Shown here piece by piece: positions 23,084 through 32,772 of a DNA stretch of 64,000 nucleotides. The position numbers and the translations under genes were made by a program. Where the stretch lies: the NCBI GenBank assembly GCA_907165135.1, contig OU015569.1:3534001-3598000 (forward strand), in the 5' to 3' direction. This DNA comes from Oikopleura dioica (taxonomy: Eukaryota > Animalia > Chordata). The notes below the pieces were generated by a model, which was not told the DNA's origin, made no database searches, and saw nothing but the letters and a program-made list of their open reading frames with translations. Every line of letters begins with the position of its first letter. Position 1 is the stretch's first letter.

Positions 23084-26000
23084 TCAGCAGGAAATCGTTC
23101 CACCGTTTGGTTTCCAGGAACGACCGCGGTCGCATTTGTAAACGAGTTTTTGTACAACTTTTTTGGCCTTAAAGTTTTATTTCTAAAATTAGAAATATAT
23201 TTGTTGAATATCTTTAATAACTTCATATTTGGATAAATCATTAAAGCCGTTCCTGTTCCATCTGGCCAAGTGTAATTGACAGGCGATCCAGTGTTCTTAC
23301 ATTTAGCCTGGCAGATGTTTCCCTTGCAGTTGACGATTATTTCTTCAGCGTTGACATTGTACATATCAAAGAAGTTCGTCTTGCACGTCGGGCCATCTAG
23401 TTTGACTTGACTACTTTCGTCAAGCTGAGAAAGTAAATCACCCCCAGCAAGTTTCGCTCCAAGAGAGCAGCTGGCTTCAACAACTTTAGGAAGGACCTTC
23501 TTTTTCTTGCAGATGATACTCTGAGTTTCCCACTTAGCAGAATCGGTGTCAAAAGAATGGAGAGGGTTTACGCAGGAAAGTCTGCAGTTATTAGCCGTGC
23601 AGGACATCTGAAAAGACAGAGATTTAAATTCGAACTAGAAAATTGATTGCTGATGAATACCTGAACTGACGAGTCTATTCGGTTTACAATCCTTTTGTTT
23701 TTCGGGTTCATCAAATCTCCGCATTTTCCAAGAACAGTATTCGTCGATGATTGAGAAGTACCTCCATCAAGAGGCCTCGGTGCTTCGACTGATCCTTTTT
23801 CTTCGGCACTGCAAGTAACCGACCCCTTTGCTGGTTTGTGTTGTTTTTTCTTTGCCTTGAAGCATGTTATTGTTTTGATACTAGGAACTTGGCCATCAGG
23901 ACAAGTTGGCTGACAAGTTTTGACCCCGTCACAGTTAGGATCAACATTTTCTCCAAATGAAAATTTGGCGTCTATTGGGCCGCATTTAGTCACTCGTGAT
24001 TTAGGTATACAGCTCAATGATCCGCTCTTTGGAAAGAACTTTTTCCCTCTGCATTTGAGAGTAGAAGAGCCGCTTAGAGAAGAGTTTGGATCTTCACATC
24101 TGGCCGAGCAATTCAGAAGTTTTCCTTTTCTCCCGCATTGAACAGACACGCTATCTGCAATATCCACTTTTTCGAATAAGTTGCAACTCATGGTTGAGGC
24201 CATTGCCACATGTTTCTTTTCAGTTGGCGTTGTTGTGCTCGTCGATGTTGTGGTAGTAGTTGTAGAAGTAGTTGTAGAAGTAGTTGTTGTCGTGGTTGTT
24301 GTCGTAGTCGTGGTTGTTGTCGTAGTCGTGGTTGTTGTCGTAGTCGTTGTTGTCGTCGTGGTTGTTGTCGTAGTTGTTGTTGTCGTCGTGGTTGTTGTCG
24401 TAGTCGTGGTTGTTGTAGTAGTCGTGGTCGTAGTTGTAGTTGTCGTCGTGGTTGTCGTGGTTGTTGTCGTAGTTGTTGTCGTAGTCGTTGTCGTGGTTGT
24501 TGTGGTGGTCGTAGTGGTCGTAGTGGTAGTAGTCGTAGTGGTCGTAGTGGTAGTAGTCGTCGTGGTCGTAGTTGTTGTCGTCGTAGTTGTTGTCGTAGTC
24601 GTTGTCGTGGTTGTTGTGGTGGTCGTAGTGGTCGTAGTGGTAGTAGTCGTAGTGGTCGTAGTGGTAGTAGTCGTCGTGGTCGTAGTTGTAGTAGTAGTCG
24701 TGGTTGTCGTGGTTGTTGTCGTAGTTGTTGTCGTGGTGGTCGTTGTGGTCGTAGTGGTCGTTGTGGTCGTAGTGGTAGTAGTTGTCGTGGTCGTTGTCGT
24801 AGTTGTTGTCGTGGTTGTGGTTGTAGTTGTAGTAGTAGTCGTGGTTGTCGTGGTTGTTGTCGTGGTTGTTGTCGTAGTTGTTGTCGTGGTGGTCGTAGTG
24901 GTCGTAGTGGTAGTAGTTGTCGTGGTCGTTGTCGTTGTTGTTGGCGTGGTTGAGGTTGATGTTGTTGTGGTTGTAGTCGTAGTCGTTGTCGTCGTGGTTG
25001 TAGAAGTGGTACTCGTTGTAGTGGAAGTCGTAGTAGTTGATGTAGTGGTGGTTGATGTAGTTGTGGTTGGAGTTGTGGCAGCACGCTTCCAATGTGAGAA
25101 ATCAATTTCACCGAACTCCTGCGCACAAGAGAGACGAGGATTGGCGTTACCGAAGAAAGCTTGATTCGCTTGCACAAATGGGAATCGTTGAATAGTCTGC
25201 AAGTCGTCTTCTTGAAGAGCGTGGCACAAGAATCCCGAGAGTGTTCCAAATTTTCTAATCTCGTCTAACTGAGCGACAGTAAACTGTCCTTCTCTTTCGT
25301 AGTATTTGCGATCACCGTGCTTAAGAGCAATGAACTGGTCAAGATTAACACAGATAGCAGTGGGTCCAGCAATAGCTCCTTTCTGTGGTACTTCATTGAG
25401 CATACCGACGTATAAATCAACATCTTTTTCTTGGTTACTGTACATTTGTGAAATAATAACCGGCCACAATCGTGTCATCCTAACTTCTCTCGCAGTTCTG
25501 GCATTATAGAATTTTTTATACAGCCCATGCTGCATACATCGGTCCCTTACTTCCGTGTAAGAGGCAAGGCCGTGGTCTCGACCTCTCATGATATTAACTA
25601 TGTTGAGTGATTAGAGATCGAATATATCATTGAGTACATACTTGCTTGAAGATCTATTCCATGAGCTGCAAAATTAGGCTTGAAGAACATGTGAACGGTA
25701 TCCTCAACCCATTTAGAGCTCATTTTCATCGGTTGTTCACGCGCAGCTGCTCGGATAAGTTGTCCTGGTGTTACTCCCGATGCCTCAGATAGAATTTGTG
25801 GATCAAAGAAGTTATCTCGCAAGAATGCCGTTTTGATTCGTGTTCCCATTTCATTTATGGCGAAAATTTCAGATCTTTGCATCGAATGTCCCCAACGGAA
25901 AAGAGCAGCCCCAAACTCGTTTCGAATTGAAGGGTCAGTTTTGCTTGGAAAGCCGTCGAAGCCGAATTTTGCATTTTCGGGGTTGTTATCTGCATTATCG

Positions 26001-27745
26001 TCGTTGACTCTCCCCATTTGTTGCCCTGGAGGAAGGGGGAAAAGATCAGGAGTGTCGAAGATGTTGTTTCCAATTACCAATGGCATGAATTCAGTAAAAG
26101 AAATATGTTGGAACACGGCAATGTTTATTTGACGAGCTTCCATGAAGATTTCATCTTCCGTTGCGTCTTCCATGACACCCTTGAGGCCAGCAGCAAGTTT
26201 ATTGTGCATGCGGAGGAAGGCCGTGTGAAGAGATGTTAACATGGGGTTTTCAGCGCATCGGGTGTCACCTGCAATCGGAAATGGCAGTTTCTTCTCGTTT
26301 AAAAACTCTGGTGGCTAAAAATATCAATGAAAATTCAATCCTTTTGTAGATTTTTATTCACAAATTACCTCGAATCTTTTCAGAGTCAACTCATCATCGC
26401 TAAAATTTTCGTCAAGGTTGTTTGGAAGCATGGTTCCTTGAGAGGGTGAGTTTTTCACTTTGAGCATAGTTCTATCAGCGGGATCCCGAAGTTGTTCTGC
26501 CTGTCTTTCGGATTGCCCATAAACTCCAGAAAGGTCAACAAATGACGGAAGTTGATTGAATTGTTCTAAGAGTAAATTATTTTCGAAGTATAAAAATGAT
26601 AACATTATATCTTTATTGTTAACAGGCTAGCGTTAGTATTAGATTTAGAGTTAGGGTTAGCTATAAATAAAGGTATTAACAATTGAAATTCACAAGACTA
26701 ATCCCATTTTAGTCTCTTTTTTACTTGGAGACCCTGATTTACCTTTGACGAGTTTTCCGTCTTGCTGGAGGAGACCACCAGTCGATTTAGTGATAAACAT
26801 ACACTTGAAAGAAAACATGATCGGCTCGCTTGTTTCTCTGCCAATGGGAATTGTAAAACATTCATCTTTTTTGGTACAAGAGTTACAAATTGAGTCTCCA
26901 TCTCCTTGCAGGTCTGGTGTCTAAAGTAAAGTTGAGCTTCTAACTAGATGTGAAAAAATTACCTGCATGATATTATGGGTTAAAAATTGACCCCAATCAA
27001 TCATCAGCCTCGTGTGAAAAGGGTTCGTTTCTATTTGACCCATTTGCCCGAAAAGAGAAACGATTCGGGGATTAGTTAGTTCTGTTTTGAATGTTGTGCA
27101 ACGATTTGTATCCCGATCATTACAATAGTTCGCCGGCGCCCATCGAATGTAAGGCGTAAGGACAGAACCCTTATTCTGAGGGTGATTACAGGTACCATCG
27201 AACGAATGAAGTCGCGGATCGCACTCTGCCATATAGGTTAAAAAGAACTATCGGAAGAAAACTTACTGTCAGCTTCTTCTCCAGTAGAACGAGTGAAGTT
27301 AAGCGATCTCTGAGCAGCCATTTCAAGTTCAAACTCGCTTCTGGTTTGAGCAAAAGGGTTCAGTGCTACTTCTTCATCAAGTTCTCTTAATATAAATTAG
27401 AATATTTCACTTTGTAGATTCGTACTGAAGATATTCCTTGACAAATTTTTCGGCCATTCGAAGACCGGCTGATTTTTCTGGTGACAATTTGGCAGCTCTG
27501 ATCATTCTATGGGCGGCGGCAATCGTGTCCATCGGATTAACTCGGCCACGAATAGGCTTGATGGGCTCAGGATGACCGATTCCGTCAACGTAGTTTTGCC
27601 CTTCTGGCCAAACATCAGGCACAACAATATCATCTTTTGGAAGAGGTGGAAGAGGCTCTGATTTCATATCATTCGTCGGCCATTTAAAAAGTTCCGGGGT
27701 CACTTGAGCCCCGGTGACCGCTAAAAGAAATGTCTTTAACTTCAT
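23084..27745 (-). CDS. Secreted animal heme peroxidase with poly-Thr mucin-like stalk and four C-terminal 6-Cys modules
   Basis: Signal peptide MKLKTFLLAVTGA; peroxidase motifs SFDGTCNH, WGQFLTH, QLPSFVDLSGVYG, AGDTRCAENP, FRWGH, RGRDHGL, DVDLYVG; last exon ends ...KPNGGTISC* at 23084. Confidence 0.9.
24222..25076 (-). repeat. Coding (ACN)n poly-threonine tract, ~285 codons
   Basis: Nearly pure Thr run in ORF 23568-25589; all four Thr codons used; internal 114-bp duplication (24487 vs 24601). Confidence 0.95.
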
Positions 27746-27804
27746 GCGGGCAGTATTCTTGATTTCAGATTACCGCGCCAGCAAGAATGGCACTTGCGCC
27801 CGCT

Positions 27805-27816
27805 CTTATATATAGG
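27805..27816 (-). promoter_or_regulatory. TATA box of the peroxidase gene
   Basis: CCTATATATAAG on the minus strand about 60 nt upstream of ATG 27745. Confidence 0.55.
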
Positions 27817-28229
27817 CCGCGGTACAATCCAAAGCATTGAATTCGATTTTCCACCCTTTTTCGCGAGAAAAGGTCAGACTCTGCACGGACCGCCACACGA
27901 TCACGGGTTCTTTTCTGTTCTGATTTCGGTGGACTCAATCAGCTCGGAGATTAAACCTGATTTTCCATTTTCCCGCATGCTCTCTTTTTCAGGTAGCTAG
28001 TTTGATTCGATTCGTAAATTTTTCTATTAGAAAAACTTGAGGAAAGTTGACCTTCAGAACGTTTTGGTCAGCAGTTTAAGGATTGAGTTTTGGCATTTAG
28101 AAGGACAACGCAGAAGGTTCATGCAAACTGGGAAAGGCGAAGCATTAGGTAAACCGATCAAATCGCATTCACCTTCCAAGGCTCGTTGTCATTTTTGTCG
28201 TTGCGTCATTTATTACTGAATATTTAGGA

Positions 28230-28323
28230 CAGGGATGGAACTATGGCCGAATTTTCCGGCGGCAACGGCACGGCACGACCCGAATACCCGTGGAGTGCCG
28301 TGCCGCTCATATTTCGATCCCTG
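28230..28323. mobile_element. 94-bp hAT-type MITE
   Basis: TIR CAGGGATGGAA / TTCGATCCCTG (1 mismatch), internal inverted CGGCACGGCAC / GTGCCGTGCCG, flanking 8-bp near-duplication ATTTAGGA / ATTTCGGA. Confidence 0.75.
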
Positions 28324-28393
28324 ATTTCGGACAGAAACATTTATTTTGCGGTAGATAAAGCAGTAAGATTTTTTCGTGACATTATTGTTGTTA

Positions 28394-30171
28394 TCATAGT
28401 TCTCCAAAGCAGCAATATTTCAATTCAGTGAACTCATCTGTGCCAACTAGGCCACCTTCTCGCCCAAGTCCAGATTTTTTAACGCCTCCGAAAGGAGCTT
28501 CACAACACGAGATTGCACCTGTATTGATACCAACCATTCCAACTTCGAGTTTCTCGGCAACTCGAAAGCATTGTCGTTGATCTAAATTTAGCGGTTTCTT
28601 CGTGTGTATTACGTGAGATTGTTTTAAATAAACCTGTACTAAAGAAATATCCAGCGAGGCCAAATTCAGATGCGTTAGCGCTTGCCAAAACTTCCTCCTC
28701 GGAGTCGAAACCACGAATAGCACATAAAGGACCAAATACTTCCGATGAGAAACACTTGGAATCGCTTGGGACGTCAGTTAAAAGAGTCGGTTCAAAATGA
28801 GTCTCATCAATCGCAGAACCGCCCATTTGTATCGTCGCTCCCTTTTCGATCGCGTCGGTTACAAGTTGCGAGACTTTTACTGCACCACGGGAATTAATCA
28901 AACAACCTTATTATTTTTAAATTAGCAAGAAAAAAACAGTATAAAATACCGACTGTAGTTGAGCTGTCGAATACATCCCCCAATTTCAGGCGAGACATTT
29001 CTAACTTGAACGCCTCGATAAAATTACTCATCACAGAATTCTGTACAAAAACGTTATTGGCAGCAATACACGTTTGACCTATAAATATAAGTAGAATGAA
29101 GTATCGGACGAAGTAGAAATACCCGTATTTCTGAATTTTGCTGCTATAAGAGCTTTGGCAGCGACAGACAAATCTGCACTGTCAAAGACGATGAAGGGCG
29201 CCAGGCCTCCTAGTTCTAATGAAACCTTCTTGACGGTGGATGCCGATTGCCTTAGCAAAATTTCGCCGACTTGAGTCTAGTTGTAACTATTGAAATATGT
29301 CCAGTTAATTTTTTTACCGATCCTGTAAAGGAAATTGCTCGAATATCTGGATGCTCGCAGATAGCTTTCCCAATAGAAGGTGTTTCATCGCGGCAAGCAG
29401 GGAGAACATGAAAACACTCCGGAGGAACGCCAGCTTGTAGAGCAAGTTCTCCAAGAGCTAGTGCGGTGAGAGGCGTGTCTTCAGAAGGCTTGAGAATAAC
29501 AGGACAGCCCACGGCTAGTGCAGGAGCCGCTTTACGGGTGACCATCGCCGCTGGGAAATTCCAAGGAGTTATCATTCCCACAACGCCGATAGGTTGCTTT
29601 AGCGTTAAAATTCGTTTATCTGCGAAGGGCGAGGGAACAGATCCAGAGCCAAGTCGGCGGCCTTCCGCTGCACTCCATTCGCAAAAAGACGAAGCATAAC
29701 CAACCTCTCCTCTACTCTCGAAAATCGGCTTTCCTCCTTCCAACGTTATCAACTACAGACATAAAACTAAGTTATTGGTTATGTTCGATATTGTTCTGCA
29801 CCTTTGCAAGCGACTCTTGATTTTCATCGATTAGAGAGCCCCATTTATTGACTATAGAAGCGCGCTCTTTAGCCGTCTTTGCCTTCCACAGTTCGAATCC
29901 CTCTTTTGAAGCTTCCACTGCTTCTCGCACTTGATCAACCTGGCAATTCGACACGTTAGCAATATTTTCTCCACTATTTGGGTGGGCGACTGAAAACTTC
30001 TGAGGCAAGTTTCTCCAGGTGCCGTTGAGAAGAGCTTCAGAGCGAAATAAACCCTTCGGTATTTGGGAGATTTGTTCTTTACGTTGTTTGAATATTAATT
30101 TTTAATTGCTCGTAAAAGTGATAGCTCAAACACATTCCCGCCAAGCTGGTAAACTTCGGTCTTCCGAACAT
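28394..30171 (-). CDS. ALDH5A1: Succinate-semialdehyde dehydrogenase, mitochondrial
   Basis: [57 protein letters not shown] (catalytic Glu), FRNTGQTC (catalytic Cys), [19 protein letters not shown]...ELKYCCFG; C-terminus is SSADH-type. Confidence 0.9.
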
Positions 30172-30672
30172 AGTTTTATGAAAACCTCTCTTGAAATAAT
30201 AGTTTATGGTTGCCGATTGGCTAATGCTGGCCAATGAAATGGCAATTCTCCTTTTTGATAGCAAGGAAGACTACCCACCCAGATAACCTGCGCACTCGGA
30301 AATAGCAAGACCTTTCTACGATTGCACTTGCAGACAAAGGAAATATTGGACAATGTTAGATTGTCAATGTATGATGTAGGACAACATACACAGTATGAAA
30401 ATATTTGAATTTGTGACGTGTATTCCTTTTCTAGTGGATGTGCTCAATTGAAAATTATACAGATCAGCAAGCAGTTTCTTTCTCAGATGTTGAAATAAAT
30501 AAGGGCAGAAATCATTCTCTTCTCAATTAGACATGGACGGCAGAATCATGCAGCAGAAATTTAGTTGAATCAGCGGAACCGCCCGAGTCATCGGATGCTT
30601 TTGATGTTTTCAGAGCTGTAGCTTTTCTCCGTTTTTTAAACTTTATCCATATTTCATAAGATGCTCAAAGTT

Positions 30673-32503
30673 TTAAACGGTTCCTTCATCAGCAATAGAA
30701 AGCTCAGAATCACGGCGACTGATGGATGCGATTCCCGAATCTTGGCTCACCTTCGCGTTTGCACTTTCCGCTTGTTTCACCTTCTTTATGTTATTGAAAG
30801 AAGAGGTATTATGTGTGTCACTCTTCGCCTTTTCATCTACCGGATTGCTTTTTTCCAGCTCTTTTTCTTCTGGTTCTTCATCCTCTTTGCTTGACTTTTC
30901 GGAAGTGTCCTCGAGGGTCTTCTCATCGCTTGTTTTCTCCTCGTTGGAAGGTTCACTCTCTTTTCTTTCTTCCTGCGACTTTGGAGCAGGCGGTGATTTG
31001 GGAGATTTCGGTGACTTTGGCGATTTGGGTGACTTGGTTGACCTTGGCGATTCAGGGGACTTCTTTGCTTTCCCGTCTGGTAATGAGTTCAGGACTTCTG
31101 AGAGAGGCTAAAATATATTATTAATAGAAACTGAGTTTGCGTCACACCTTTGTCATATTTGGTATATGAAGTTTGAGCAATGCTTTGAAGGGCTTTCGGC
31201 AGATAGGACAAGAGGACTGTTGATATCGAATCTTTTCGGCGCATTCGGCGCACACGGCTAGATGGCGACAAGGCAGTATTAACGTATCGCGTGGGTCGTC
31301 CCAACAAATAGCACATTCTGACTCTAATTCTTCGCCTTTCGTTTTCTTCTCGATTCCGTAAATTTCTAAGAAGCTCATTTACAAACAGTTGGTCAATTTT
31401 GCTTGATTACCTTGGAGGGAGAAAGCGAATTTTCCGATACGCACACGTTGTTTTACAGCTTTTAGTGACCAATTATCTACCCACTTTTTTAATAGTCGAC
31501 TTTTATCAGAAAATACCTTGAGAATTTTTTTCGAAGACGCAATAAGTAAAGAAGATTTGTTCGGTCGGTTCACTTTTTGTTCTTAGTTGAATTACGACTT
31601 CGATGTGCTCCCAAGTCCATCTTTCCTCCTCTTTGTCGGATTTTTTGAGCTTGGACGGGCAAATTCTGTGGTTGAGCATGCAAAACTGTTGATCCATGCC
31701 AGCGGCGAACTCGAGCTGATCAGATTTCGTTGACGACTCTGAAACTGGAACTAGCTGCCCTTTCGGCGTCTCCTTCACTCCATAGTGAATCCTTGCTAGG
31801 CAAGGGACAGAGCAGTCGACAGTAAACTCGACATGAAACCATTGAAATTTCTCGGCCTCTTCTTTTGTTTCCTCGAGACTTTTGAAGCGGATAAGAAGTT
31901 TTCGTCAATAAGTCATTGATAAATGTTGAATGATTTTATCCGGTCCCTGGGAGCTCTTACAAGTCGCACTGAGTGTTTGCGTACATTGATGAGCACGTTT
32001 ATCGGGCGAACGTAGCCAGGGTGGCTATTCGTTCCGCGAAGGTTCAGCTTTGGCAAGTTTGACGAGTCCGATCCTGCTGGGCCGTACGGACCTTTGGAAA
32101 CGATTAAAATCATGGAAATAAGAAAAAGAGTACCCAAGTAATTTAAGTCCGAGATAGAGCCAAATAAAAACTTCTGCGGATCGGTCGTTTCGAACTTCTG
32201 CCCGCCCATGATGTAGTTCGGCGTGAAAATGCCAGTTTCCGCATTTTCGTTGAAGTAATAACGCTGCTCGCCACTTGAAGAGTTCTGGTTTTCGTCGCTT
32301 TCACGATAACGATATCCCGGCAGCGCGCTTAATTTATTTTACGATTACTTTCAGAAAAAATTATTTATAAAAAATAACCACGAAAGGAAATACAAAAGAA
32401 GGGGAATCAAAAGACTGAAATTGAATAAGCAACTGGCCATTGTGTCCAGCAGCATCAGATGTCAGACTGACAAAGCCCTAAATTACCTTAGAGCCGATCC
32501 CAT
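30673..32503 (-). CDS. MGRN1: Mahogunin/RNF157-family RING E3 ligase
   Basis: MGSALS N-myristoylation-type start, MGGQKFETTDPQKFLFGSISDLNYLG, RING CAICWDDPRDTLILPCRHLAVCAECAEKIRYQQSSCPICR; low-complexity tail with KSP repeats. Confidence 0.9.
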
Positions 32504-32772
32504 AGACGCGGCAGTGACTTCAGAATATCATCATTTCTTCTCAATTCGCAGTGATATTTTCTCTCCTCAACTGTGCGACTCTCGAATTTTTGCTCGTTGG
32601 ATTTTTTTCGCATTCAACCCTAATGTGAAATCATTCGACTCTTTTTTTTTTGTAGCCCGCGGCGGCCTACGCAGATGAGAACTCCCCGCGGCGGACTCTG
32701 TCAGCGCAGCGCGTCATCGACCCGAAGAGTTCGATTTTTTAGCCAGCTTCCGATATTTTCAGAACTCATTTC

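Noticed and set aside
24181-25249. Long alternative ORFs (poly-Val, Cys/Arg-rich, Gln/Pro-rich, His/Asn/Asp/Tyr-rich) over the repeat
   Set aside because: They are frame and strand shadows of the (ACN)n tract, which lacks stops in those frames; only the Thr frame is continuous with the peroxidase.
16702-30171. PRODH plus an ALDH as a proline-catabolism gene cluster
   Set aside because: The ALDH is SSADH-type (ALDH5A1), not P5C dehydrogenase (ALDH4A1), and the two genes are on opposite strands with unrelated genes between them.
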